From an archaeon (lineage in GTDB: Archaea > Undinarchaeota > CAZHTU01 > JBDRCC01): a stretch of 64,000 nt of DNA. The position numbers and the translations under genes are program-made. The notes under the pieces were generated by a model. The model did not search any database and was not told where the DNA came from. It saw only the letters and a list, made by a program, of their open reading frames with translations. Location of the stretch: positions 1 through 64,000 of the forward strand of contig JBDRCC010000020.1 of assembly GCA_043822065.1 (NCBI GenBank). Direction: 5' to 3'. Below, piece after piece: positions 1-8,650 of the stretch (position 1 is its first letter; each line of letters opens with the position of its first letter).

Positions 1-31
1 ACTTAACACGTCTTAACACGTTCACTTTTCG

Positions 32-1162
32 TCAGACGCGTTCACTCAGGATAGCGCAAATCGCCAGAAGGATTATCAGATAAATCACGTTAAACCCGGT
101 TTCAACCGCAATCAGGAGGTAGCTTATCCCCAGCGCATAGAACGTCTTGTCCCGCCTGTACAGGTTGCCGTACAGTATCCCGATGAGCGCCATAGCCGCA
201 ATCACCTCGAGAATCCCCCCGTCAAGCCAGAGGAACCCGAACATCCCCGGCGTCGTGTTCCGGCGGAAGCCGGTTGTCAGCTCCCCCACGTAAAAGTACG
301 GGCTTGCCTCCCAAAGGCGCCCCTTTGCATGCCCAACCGGGCTGAACGTGTTAACTATGTACTCATATTTGTCATAAGTATATCCTGCGCGGTTGAGGAA
401 AAGCCCAGCCGCCCCCATCCCGGAATCCCCCCTAACGACAGCAAAGAGCATCACGAAAGCCAGGACGGCGGCGAGGCCAACAGCCACCTCCCGCGCGCCA
501 ATCATCCTCCTGTTATGGAGCACAACCACGAGGCTCAGCAGGATTACGACGACTATCCCCCTGTACCCGCCGAGCATGAAGAGCATCCCCAGGAGGGTGT
601 ACAGCGCTATCTCAGCCTTTCCGCTGCGCGCAACCAGGGAGACAAAGCCCAAAACAAAAAGCGCGTCCGCAAGGACTACCGCCGCGGTGTGCCCGCCAGC
701 CTTCAGTCCAGGATTGAAAAGCGGTATCCCCTGCGTCCAGAGGCTTGCCGCGAGGAACGCAAGCCCCCCGAGGAGGAACGCCCAGTCGATGCACTGCCTG
801 TTCCGGATATACATCCTGAGGAGGAGGACGCAGACCGGCCCTGCGAAAATCAGATGCGGCTCAAACCTGTAGAGGTAAGCCGATGCCACGACCAGGATCA
901 GCCCGTAGGAAAGGAAGTTCAGCCACCTGCTCTCGAGGATTTCGGCTCTTTTCGAAAGCGCGACCCCGCCGGCAAAGCAGCCGACCCCGATAATATAGAC
1001 TGAAACCCCAAGCGCGCTGATGCTGAACTCTGGAAAAATAATCGTCGCAGCCCACCCCAGGAGGAGAAAGGCTAAGGCAGCCGCCGGCAGGGCTATCTCG
1101 GGGGCGAACGGCTCCCGCCTAGCCCTCTGTAACAACCCTGAAAGAGTCACTGAGCGCACCAT
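32..1162 (-). CDS. Oligosaccharide repeat-unit polymerase (Wzy-like) membrane protein
   Basis: Polytopic membrane ORF with GGYRG, TPGMFGFLWLDGG and LLIAVETG motifs, shared with paralog 2014-3129. Confidence 0.65.
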   Translation of the reverse strand: MVRSVTLSGLLQRARREPFAPEIALPAAALAFLLLGWAATIIFPEFSISALGVSVYIIGVGCFAGGVALSKRAEILESRWLNFLSYGLILVVASAYLYRFEPHLIFAGPVCVLLLRMYIRNRQCIDWAFLLGGLAFLAASLWTQGIPLFNPGLKAGGHTAAVVLADALFVLGFVSLVARSGKAEIALYTLLGMLFMLGGYRGIVVVILLSLVVVLHNRRMIGAREVAVGLAAVLAFVMLFAVVRGDSGMGAAGLFLNRAGYTYDKYEYIVNTFSPVGHAKGRLWEASPYFYVGELTTGFRRNTTPGMFGFLWLDGGILEVIAAMALIGILYGNLYRRDKTFYALGISYLLIAVETGFNVIYLIILLAICAILSERV

Positions 1163-1898
1163 CCGGCAAACCCTCTTTTATCTTCTGCCCGTCCTCATCG
1201 GACAGCCTTGAAAGAACCCCTATCTTGACCAAAAAGCTGTTCGTCTTCCCCATCTGTATCGGCAGGCCAAGCGAGCAGAGCTCGTCAAGCCGTATCGACG
1301 TGCTCTCTATCCTGAAACCGTTCGAATAAAGGAAAAGCTCCTCACCCTGGACCAGGCTCATCCCGTTCGCTATGTCGACCTGCTTCGCAGGGTCAAGGTT
1401 CATGTTAATGCCGACAGTCCCCTCGAGGCGGACGCTGCCTACGCCGTAGCCTTTCCCAATACTATCTACAAACCTGTACATTCCGCTGCAGAAGCTGTCC
1501 ATACCCCTGAAGTCCATTGCCTCGTGCCTTACCTGGATTACCGAAGGCGTCCTGATCACGAGCGTTATCTCGCTGGCGGCGATGTCCTCCATGCCGGCAA
1601 GTATCCCGCCGACGCTGTACCTGCGCTCACCTGTGTCTATTGTTATAGAGCTTTTGTCGATGCCTGCGACAGTCCCCTCGATGTAAATGTCCTGCCCAGT
1701 GCTGACCTCCTTTCCGCTTACTGCCATGCCGATGTCAAAGCCCCGCGCGTCGAGGGTCTTGTATTTCGAAATCGCGTAATACACCTCGGCTCCTGAGAAG
1801 CTGTAGGGGTCTGGGTTTATCACGAGGAAAAACGCCAAAAGGCTGAGAATCAGGATAAGAAACACTGCGTCCAGCAGCCCGACCTTTATTTTCCCCAT
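1119..1898 (-). CDS. Membrane-anchored hypothetical protein
   Basis: N-terminal TM helix (MGKIKVGLLDAVFLILILSLLAFF) then a soluble domain; overlaps the downstream Wzy-like gene. Confidence 0.6.
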   Translation of the reverse strand: MGKIKVGLLDAVFLILILSLLAFFLVINPDPYSFSGAEVYYAISKYKTLDARGFDIGMAVSGKEVSTGQDIYIEGTVAGIDKSSITIDTGERRYSVGGILAGMEDIAASEITLVIRTPSVIQVRHEAMDFRGMDSFCSGMYRFVDSIGKGYGVGSVRLEGTVGINMNLDPAKQVDIANGMSLVQGEELFLYSNGFRIESTSIRLDELCSLGLPIQMGKTNSFLVKIGVLSRLSDEDGQKIKEGLPDGALSDSFRVVTEG

Positions 1899-2013
1899 GC
1901 CTCGTATAACGCCTCCCCTTATTAAAAACACATCGGTTTGCGGATGCGTGACCTGAAACTAACAGCACTTACACATAATCAATGATTTATACTAGTTCGG
2001 ATTATATTCCTGC

Positions 2014-3129
2014 ATGGCTAAGCCGGTTTCGCCCTACAACAGCCTGTTTTTCAGGATATGGCACTCCATTGAGAAGCCGGTCTGCCGCGACGACATCTTC
2101 CGCCCGGAGCTTTTCATCGCGTTCTTCCTTGCGTTCCTCCTCTTCGGCATCCGCTCGGCGAGCAGGTACACCGCGGTAATCCCTGCATCCCTGCTTTTCT
2201 TCTATGCCGGCGCAAAGCTCTCGCCGAAGCTCAAGCTGGGCAAGTACTCTTTTTCCTTCCTCACGCCTAAGCGCACCCTCGCCCTGGCAGTCCTTTCAAT
2301 ACTCACCGGCGTATTCGAGCTGGCGCTCATCGGCGGGACCCCGCTCCTGAAGCCAGGCCTGTTCACAGACCACCACGTCATTTTCACAACAATTGCCTTT
2401 CTCTCAGTCCCCCTGGCGGTCATTTATCTTGGCCTTACTGGCAAGGAGAAGCTGCACATTTCGTCAGCCCTGTTCACCGCCGTCCTGGTGCTGATGTCCC
2501 TCCTGGGCTACCGAACCGAGGTCGTCGCCCTCCTGATAGCGTTCTTCGCAACTGCGTTCTACATGAAGCTCCTGCCCCAAAAGGTCCTTTACGTCGGAGT
2601 CGCCCTGTTCGTCTTCTCCATCCTCGGCTTGGGGCTGCTCAAGGCGCAGAGCGCCGGCGCCTCCGAGCTCAACGTCCTGACCACCCGCGCAGAGACCACG
2701 CTCTCCGTCAGCAACTATCTTACAGAGATATCCGGAATGACTGGGGTCTACCATGGCAGGGTCCACCTGTCAGCGTTCTCAACCCTGCTCAAGACGCCTG
2801 GTCCGAAGTTCGGCCCTAGGACGCTGATTGCGAACACAATCCAGGCGCGCCCGGGGGTAACAATCACCAGCACCCTTGCAGGCCCTCTCATCCTTGACTT
2901 TGGCATAGCCGGCTCGCTTGTGGGCTTCCTCCTCCTTGGCGTAATCCTCGGCAGGGCGCACGGCGCGGCAAGGACCGGGATGGACTATGCGGTTTATTCC
3001 GTCCTCCTTGCATTCGCCCTCATCTCAATCGAAACAGGTTTAATCGACGGGATAGTTTTAATATACTACATCCTGGGCACGGTGTATTTTTTCAGGCCAA
3101 GGCAGTGCGCCCATGGTCTAGTGGTATGA
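2014..3129 (+). CDS. Oligosaccharide repeat-unit polymerase (Wzy-like) membrane protein
   Basis: Multi-TM; LGYRT, TSTLAGPLILDFG and LISIETG motifs. Confidence 0.7.
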   Translation: MAKPVSPYNSLFFRIWHSIEKPVCRDDIFRPELFIAFFLAFLLFGIRSASRYTAVIPASLLFFYAGAKLSPKLKLGKYSFSFLTPKRTLALAVLSILTGVFELALIGGTPLLKPGLFTDHHVIFTTIAFLSVPLAVIYLGLTGKEKLHISSALFTAVLVLMSLLGYRTEVVALLIAFFATAFYMKLLPQKVLYVGVALFVFSILGLGLLKAQSAGASELNVLTTRAETTLSVSNYLTEISGMTGVYHGRVHLSAFSTLLKTPGPKFGPRTLIANTIQARPGVTITSTLAGPLILDFGIAGSLVGFLLLGVILGRAHGAARTGMDYAVYSVLLAFALISIETGLIDGIVLIYYILGTVYFFRPRQCAHGLVV

Positions 3130-3177
3130 TTCGAGCTTCCCAAGCTCGCGGTTCGGGTTCGATTCCCGGTGGGCGCA
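3107..3177 (+). tRNA. tRNA-Gly (CCC)
   Basis: Acceptor GCGCCCA/TGGGCGC, anticodon arm CGAGC-TTCCCAA-GCTCG, T-loop TTCGATT; CCA not encoded. Confidence 0.95.
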
Positions 3178-3210
3178 TCCATTTTATATCCCTGAGCTAA
3201 TATATCTAGC

Positions 3211-3924
3211 ATGGCAAAGTGCACTATTGTCGACTACAAGGGGAAGTCATACGACCTTTCAGACCCCACCCAGGAGATTAAGTTCCACGCCACAACCAAC
3301 CATGACCTCCTTACCGAGGATGAGTCGCAAAGCCCAGCCATGAGGGTCATGGTTCTTTTCAAGACAAAGTTCATACTCAAGAACGTCAGCGACGGCTCGG
3401 CAGTCCTGCTTGTCTCAGGCAGGGAGATGGCCCTCACCTAGGAGCTTGGAAAACGGAAAATCGACCTGACGGTAATCGACATCGTGCGCGAGACAATCGA
3501 GGCCGCAGAAAAAAATGCCAGGAACAAAAGAATCAAGTTTGTTGCCGCTGATGTCAGGTCTATGCCATTTGCCAGCTCCGCCTTTGATGCCGTTATACTC
3601 CCTGATGTCCTGGAGCATGTCTACTTGCCGGAGCGAAGCCTCAGCGAGGTAAAGCGCGTGCTGAAGCCTGGCGGCAGGGTCATAATCACCGTCCCTGACG
3701 AGAAAAAGGTCCAGGCTGCAAAAAGCATTATAGAGCTTGTGCCTATTCTCGCGGACCGGCTCCTCCACACCAAGGGGCTTTCTCCAAATCACATAAACGT
3801 CTTTGATGAAGCGTCCCTTAAGTCCGCACTAAAAAAAGAGGGCTTCAAGGTAGTTAGGCTTAGGAAGTCCCCCGCCGGCGTCGGCCTGCGGCTGATGTGC
3901 GTGGCAGTTAAAAGTGCAGAATAG
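3211..3924 (+). pseudogene. Class I SAM-dependent methyltransferase interrupted by one in-frame TAG (3439-3441)
   Basis: ORFs 3211-3441 and 3484-3924 are in the same frame. Read-through gives VLLVSGREMALT*ELGKRKIDLTVIDI...FVAADVRSMPF...FDAVILPDVLEHV...RVLKPGGRVIITVP. Confidence 0.7.
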
Positions 3925-3931
3925 GCCTGCC

Positions 3932-4126
3932 TCAGTAGCAGCTGCACTCTATCGGAAGCAAAGAGACGAGCTCGCAGGGGAAGTAGGCGGCCAGTATGAG
4001 CATGATTGCGCCACCTATTATAATTCCGGCAAGCAGGAGCCAGAGTATATAACCTATCACATCCCCGAACACGCTTTCCAGGGCTTCTTCAAGCATTCCC
4101 CATGCAGGATAAAATTTTAGCATCAT
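3932..4126 (-). CDS. Small membrane protein with Cys-containing C-terminus (paralog 2)
   Basis: EE..E.VFGD.IG motif, TM helix and CxC tail; similar to 4128-4325. Confidence 0.55.
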   Translation of the reverse strand: MMLKFYPAWGMLEEALESVFGDVIGYILWLLLAGIIIGGAIMLILAAYFPCELVSLLPIECSCY

Positions 4127-4127
4127 T

Positions 4128-4325
4128 TTAGCAGTTGCACGCCACGTTCGGGAGGATAGCGCCAATCCAGCAGCCATTGAAGTACATGAGCGCGGCGAAT
4201 ATGAGAATCCCCATTATTACCCCTATCAGGACTGTCCAAAAAATCCCGCCAAGGATGTCACCGAAAATGCCCTTGAATACCTCTTCCCCTACATCGAACA
4301 CAATTGGGAGAGCCGAAAATAGCAT
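4128..4325 (-). CDS. Small membrane protein with Cys-containing C-terminus (paralog 1)
   Basis: EEVFKGIFGDILGG, TM helix, ends ACNC. Confidence 0.6.
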   Translation of the reverse strand: MLFSALPIVFDVGEEVFKGIFGDILGGIFWTVLIGVIMGILIFAALMYFNGCWIGAILPNVACNC

Positions 4326-4413
4326 CTATATCCATAAAATCGTCCCAGTATTAAAAACTAACTGTATGCCAAGCACCGCCCTCAATAAATTTATGTACTG
4401 CCCCCGTTAGTAT

Positions 4414-4869
4414 ATGTGCATGGGCCTGCAGAAAGTTATCGACCGGCTTGGGCTGAACGCGGAGATTATCCGCTTTTCCAAGCCAGTCACGACAACACGC
4501 GAGTCAGTCCTCGCCCTCGGCATCTCGCCGGAGCAGATAGTCAAGTCAATCCTCCTCATCCTCGATGAGAAGCGCCCGCTGATGTGCATCCTACGCGGCT
4601 CGGACCGGATTGACTTCAAGGCGCTCCGCCGCCTGTACAGCATCAATAACATCCGCACAGCAACGCCGGCTGAGGTCCTCCAGCACACAGGCTACGAGGT
4701 CGGCGCGGTCGCGCCCATAATTCCTGACCTTGAGTCGATTGCAGACCGGAGGATAATGAACTACGCCGACGTTTACGGCGGCGGGGGAACGACCACTTCC
4801 CTTGTGAAGCTATCCCCTGACGACATACTCCGCTATGCAAAGCTCCAGGACTTTGTGATTTCACCATAA
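4414..4869 (+). CDS. YbaK/EbsC family aminoacyl-tRNA editing protein
   Basis: QIVKSILL, TGYEVGAVAP and GGG motifs. Confidence 0.9.
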   Translation: MCMGLQKVIDRLGLNAEIIRFSKPVTTTRESVLALGISPEQIVKSILLILDEKRPLMCILRGSDRIDFKALRRLYSINNIRTATPAEVLQHTGYEVGAVAPIIPDLESIADRRIMNYADVYGGGGTTTSLVKLSPDDILRYAKLQDFVISP

Positions 4870-4901
4870 GGCTTATTAACCTCCAAGGCTTTAACCCTCC
4901 C

Positions 4902-5180
4902 ATGCAAAGGGGAATAGAGCTTTCCATACAGATGCTCGTCATACTAGCCCTCGCGCTGATTGTCCTCGTGACCGTCTCCATCTTTTTTTCGTCCGGCGCG
5001 ACAAACTTCATGTCCAAGATTTTCAAGTTCGGGAAGGCTGCCGGCGCGGACGATACCTCAGTAATCGAGAATACTTCCGTCTGGGCAAACCCGTTTAGCT
5101 CCTGCAAAACAAAAGACGACTGCCCTAGGAAAGGGGCGCTTACCGCAACTGCATGCACGGACAACAGGTGCGTCTACTAA
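4902..5180 (+). CDS. Class III signal peptide (pilin-like) protein with Cys-rich tip
   Basis: MQRG/IELSIQMLVILALALIVLV; 4 Cys in the C-terminal part. Confidence 0.75.
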   Translation: MQRGIELSIQMLVILALALIVLVTVSIFFSSGATNFMSKIFKFGKAAGADDTSVIENTSVWANPFSSCKTKDDCPRKGALTATACTDNRCVY

Positions 5181-5461
5181 TGAAAAAAGGAATGGAGTTC
5201 ACAATGTCGACGATTATAGTCATCATAATACTGTTAGTCACCGCTTTGTTCATCCTCCAATTCCTTGCGGCTGGCTTCCCAGCCGCGACAAAGCCGCTCT
5301 CTGGCATCATTGGCGAGGTCAAGGATGAGACCGGGGGGAAGCTTGTCGGATGCGGGAACAACATACGGGAGTCCTATCTCGGCGAGAAATGCGACGGAAC
5401 TGATTTTGGGCCGGATTGCGCTGTTGGCGCCACCGTATGCACTGACTGCAAGACCTGCTAA
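5180..5461 (+). CDS. Class III signal peptide (pilin-like) protein with Cys-rich tip
   Basis: MKKG/MEFTMSTIIVIIILLV; 6 Cys; TAATG overlap with the upstream gene. Confidence 0.75.
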   Translation: MKKGMEFTMSTIIVIIILLVTALFILQFLAAGFPAATKPLSGIIGEVKDETGGKLVGCGNNIRESYLGEKCDGTDFGPDCAVGATVCTDCKTC

Positions 5462-5500
5462 TAAGCAATATTTATTAACCCCCCACCCTTTCACACTACC

Positions 5501-5797
5501 ATGCGGGCATTTGAACTTACACTGACAACGGTGATAGCCCTTATAATCGGCTTGGTGACTATGGTCGCTATCCTGATATTTTTCAAGGGCGGCTTCGAGA
5601 TTGGCGGCGGGAGCATCGCAGGCGTGGTAAAGGAGGCAGCCAATGAGACCGGGGGCGACTTGATACCTAATAAAATGTCGTCCAGCCCAAAGGTCTTTTT
5701 CGGCTTCTGCGACTGCGAAACTGCAGGCACGGGTGATCCGGACTGCACAGCGATAGACTATACAAAGACCACCTGCGACGGATGCCACTGCAGCTAA
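5501..5797 (+). CDS. Class III signal peptide (pilin-like) protein with Cys-rich tip
   Basis: MRA/FELTLTTVIALIIGLV; ends CDGCHCS. Confidence 0.75.
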   Translation: MRAFELTLTTVIALIIGLVTMVAILIFFKGGFEIGGGSIAGVVKEAANETGGDLIPNKMSSSPKVFFGFCDCETAGTGDPDCTAIDYTKTTCDGCHCS

Positions 5798-5804
5798 CCC
5801 CATA

Positions 5805-5975
5805 ATGGACAAAAAAGCACTTTCAGGCAAGCAGATGCTACTACTCGCCATCCTTGCGCTGGCGGCAATAGCCCTGCTGTTCTACCTCAGACCAGCCCCG
5901 CAGCCTGGCGCCGGCTTGACAATCTACGACAGCATAAACGTGACTGAGCATGTACCATACCCGCACACAGGCTAA
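5805..5975 (+). CDS. Small (56 aa) pilin-like or membrane protein, not in the ORF track
   Basis: MDKKA/LSGKQMLLLAILALAAIALLFYLRP...PYPHTG*; fills the gap in the array. Confidence 0.55.
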   Translation: MDKKALSGKQMLLLAILALAAIALLFYLRPAPQPGAGLTIYDSINVTEHVPYPHTG

Positions 5976-6357
5976 ACGTGGAATCGAGCTGACGATGTCC
6001 GCAGTCGTCATCATAATCATAGTGCTCGCCACCCTGATACTCCTCATACGCTTCTTCACAGTCGGCTTTTCCGAGTCAGTCTCCTCCCTCTCTGAAATAC
6101 CGGAGAAGCTCGAGGAGCAGGGTGCCGAAGGCGTTACCCGCGTCACCGGAAGGTGCCCTAAACTGGATGATGGCACCCAGCTAAATTGGTTTTTGTCCGG
6201 CGGCTGCGAGGAGGCACCACCAGGCTGCACTATAGGGTCTTTTGGCTCAGATGCAGAGGCATACAACAAGTGCCGCAAGTGCGCCAGCGAGTCCATCCGG
6301 CTTATGAAGAGCAGGACCGGCACCAGCGGCGATGAGTGCGAGTGCGAATGCGTATAA
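5950..6357 (+). CDS. Class III signal peptide (pilin-like) protein with Cys-rich tip
   Basis: AKRG/IELTMSAVVIIIIVLATL; ends ECECECV. Confidence 0.75.
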   Translation: MYHTRTQAKRGIELTMSAVVIIIIVLATLILLIRFFTVGFSESVSSLSEIPEKLEEQGAEGVTRVTGRCPKLDDGTQLNWFLSGGCEEAPPGCTIGSFGSDAEAYNKCRKCASESIRLMKSRTGTSGDECECECV

Positions 6358-6358
6358 A

Positions 6359-6745
6359 ATGCGTGCCATAGAATTTACCATAACAACGATTGCCACCATA
6401 GTCCTCGCCCTGGTCAGCCTCACCCTCGTGATTATCGTCTTCAACTCCCAGTTCAGCAAAACATCGGAGCCCATGGAGGAGCTGACCACCGAGTCTGATG
6501 ACCTGCCTAGCGGAATCGACACCACGATAATACTCGGCAGGTTCAACATCTGCCCGAAAAACGCCAAGTACAAGTGCTTCCAGCCGCCGCCGTTCGACAA
6601 CGAGTGGTGCGGGAGCAGCTCAACATATAATTCAATGGGGGATTGCGTCAACCCATGCGCCACTGCAAGCGCAAAAATGGGCGGCGATGACGGCAACACG
6701 TACTCGGATACCGGGCAGTGCTACTGCAGGTGCGTAAATGGGTAG
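6359..6745 (+). CDS. Class III signal peptide (pilin-like) protein with Cys-rich tip
   Basis: MRA/IEFTITTIATIVLALV; CFQPPPFDNEWCG; ends GQCYCRC. Confidence 0.75.
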   Translation: MRAIEFTITTIATIVLALVSLTLVIIVFNSQFSKTSEPMEELTTESDDLPSGIDTTIILGRFNICPKNAKYKCFQPPPFDNEWCGSSSTYNSMGDCVNPCATASAKMGGDDGNTYSDTGQCYCRCVNG

Positions 6746-6746
6746 C

Positions 6747-7139
6747 ATGCGCGCGCTTGAGATGACGATAAAGACAATCGCGGTAATAATAGCCGCCCTC
6801 GTCTGCGCATTTTTAATCCTCCGCTTTTTTACCTCCCAGCTTGACTGGGCAACCGACAAGACAGACGCAACAACCCCAGACACCAGCCAGGACATAGGCT
6901 TTACAGGGATATACGGCGTCCTCGGCGCCTGCAAGGCGAAGGAGGGTGAGACCGTCGTCTGGAGGTGCGTCCAGCCGCCGCCGTTCGACAGCGAGGACTG
7001 TGGCGTGCCCTACGCGTTTGCCTCAAAGCACGAGTGCACCTACGGAATAGCTAGCGGGGGCACTACAACACAAGAGGGCTGCCGGTACATAACCTCCGAC
7101 TACGACAAGGACTGCTTCTGCAAGTGCTCCTCCGAATAA
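6747..7139 (+). CDS. Class III signal peptide (pilin-like) protein with Cys-rich tip
   Basis: MRA/LEMTIKTIAVIIAALV; CVQPPPFDSEDCG; CFCKC. Confidence 0.75.
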   Translation: MRALEMTIKTIAVIIAALVCAFLILRFFTSQLDWATDKTDATTPDTSQDIGFTGIYGVLGACKAKEGETVVWRCVQPPPFDSEDCGVPYAFASKHECTYGIASGGTTTQEGCRYITSDYDKDCFCKCSSE

Positions 7140-7179
7140 GAACCTTAAGTTTTATCAATTCAGCCAACATTATCCCAGC

Positions 7180-7572
7180 ATGCGCGCAATGGAGTTCACA
7201 ATAGAGACAGTGGTCATCGCAATCATTATGATAGTCGTCCTTGCCGTAGTCTTGATATTCTTCAACCGAAGCTTCCAGGACTCCTCCGAGGTAATAGGGC
7301 AGGCGGAGACTCCAGCCGAGAAAATAAACGCAATCCAGGACATGGGCAGCCTGTTCCGCTACCTCGGCGCCTGCCCTAGCGACGCGGTTTGGAAGTGCGT
7401 CCAGCCGAGGCCTTTCGACGACGAGGACTGCGGCTCAAACCCGTCACCAGGCTTTCTAACGAAGAAAGACTGCATGTACGGTGAGGGGTTTTCTAACACA
7501 TATGGTGGATGCAACTTCAGGGGGTCTAGCTACGACGACGACTGCTTCTGCAAGTGCTTTCCGCCGGCGTAG
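7180..7572 (+). CDS. Class III signal peptide (pilin-like) protein with Cys-rich tip
   Basis: MRA/MEFTIETVVIAIIMIVVL; CVQPRPFDDEDCG; CFCKC. Confidence 0.75.
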   Translation: MRAMEFTIETVVIAIIMIVVLAVVLIFFNRSFQDSSEVIGQAETPAEKINAIQDMGSLFRYLGACPSDAVWKCVQPRPFDDEDCGSNPSPGFLTKKDCMYGEGFSNTYGGCNFRGSSYDDDCFCKCFPPA

Positions 7573-8200
7573 CCGAAAGAAGCCTTACCACGTCACACCC
7601 ATCTGCAACAAGCTTTTTTATCTCGCCAAGCTCCAGCCCGAATGCTTTCCTCACAAGCCTGGCAGTCTCGCTATTGGGGTTCAGCACCAAAAAAGATAGG
7701 AGCGAGTTGAAGTTGTGCGGCTTCCTCGCCGAGCTCCCCCTTTCAAAGTCTATCAGGACAATCTTCTTTCCGACTATGATGTGCTTCGGTGCAGAGCTCA
7801 GCTGCCCGTGGTCTATCCCGGCGCCGTCCAGCCTTTTAGCCTGGCTGAGGACATCCAAAACGACTTTCCTGATCCTCGCGCCCGGCGCGCTGCCTACCCA
7901 CTTGCCGAACGCCTCGCCGCCGGCAAACTCCATGGCGATTGCTTCCATCTTTCGGTCGTACCCTAGAAGTTTCGGCCCGACGCCGACTGCGTTAGCCTTC
8001 TTCAGCATCTCCGCCTCGCTTTTGAGGCTTGTCCCGGGAACCTTGTTCCTCAGGACCTTGAGGCAGATTACCCCCTTTTCAGTGTCCGCCTTGTAGACGA
8101 CACCGCGCCACCCCCTCTTCTCCAGCTTGCTGTTTTCCCAGGGCACAAGCCGGAAAACCCGGAATGGAAATTTGAAATCAGTTCGCCCGTCACTCTTCAT
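7526..8200 (-). CDS. Archaeal atypical Ser/Thr protein kinase (RIO/Bud32-like); start uncertain
   Basis: RGWRGVVY glycine loop, CLKV Lys, EAEML, GVGPKL, IDHGQL, LIDFE. Confidence 0.75.
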   Translation of the reverse strand: MKSDGRTDFKFPFRVFRLVPWENSKLEKRGWRGVVYKADTEKGVICLKVLRNKVPGTSLKSEAEMLKKANAVGVGPKLLGYDRKMEAIAMEFAGGEAFGKWVGSAPGARIRKVVLDVLSQAKRLDGAGIDHGQLSSAPKHIIVGKKIVLIDFERGSSARKPHNFNSLLSFLVLNPNSETARLVRKAFGLELGEIKKLVADGCDVVRLLSATPAESTCRSSRRRS

Positions 8201-8311
8201 CGCAATTGCTCAGTGAGATACAGTTTCATCATCTGCAAGAACTAGGGCTAAAGCAAAAGATATACTTTTTGGTCGGTTAACGTATATAAGAGGGAAGACA
8301 ATATTTATCCG

Positions 8312-8650
8312 ATGGTCATCTCTCGGACTTCAATCGTCGTCACCGCGTCGCTACTATTCATACTGCACTTCTTCAACCCGTCAGTCCAGCAGGTAATCAT
8401 GATAGGGATTGTCTTTGTCCCGCTCCCCCTCTACTACTTCGGAATCATCGGCGACCCATTCCCTTCAAAGACATCCGTCATCAGCACAGCCGGGGTGATA
8501 CTCCTCGACCACTTTTCAGTCAGCCCCTGGAAGACGTTCCTAGTCTGCGTCGTGGTCTCCTCCATACTTGACCTGTACTTTAAGGGGAGAAAGCGCCCTG
8601 CGTTCGAGAACGTCGTCGACCTCTCAGAAAGCCAGAAGAAAACGCTTTAG
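8312..8650 (+). CDS. Hypothetical membrane protein
   Basis: Hydrophobic 112 aa ORF; TATA (tatataag) about 25 nt upstream. Confidence 0.6.
   Translation: MVISRTSIVVTASLLFILHFFNPSVQQVIMIGIVFVPLPLYYFGIIGDPFPSKTSVISTAGVILLDHFSVSPWKTFLVCVVVSSILDLYFKGRKRPAFENVVDLSESQKKTL

Noticed and set aside
1-46. Possible further silent duplicate of a gene end (S-E-R-V codons at 15-26 vs 35-46) and a cttaacacgt tandem
   Set aside because: Only 12 nt, no matching stop, and at the window edge, so it cannot be separated from chance
329-1003. Long antisense or alternative-frame ORFs (also 9074-9922, 27125-28102, 34198-35106, 43785-44738)
   Set aside because: They are shadows of well-supported genes in GC-rich DNA, with no motifs
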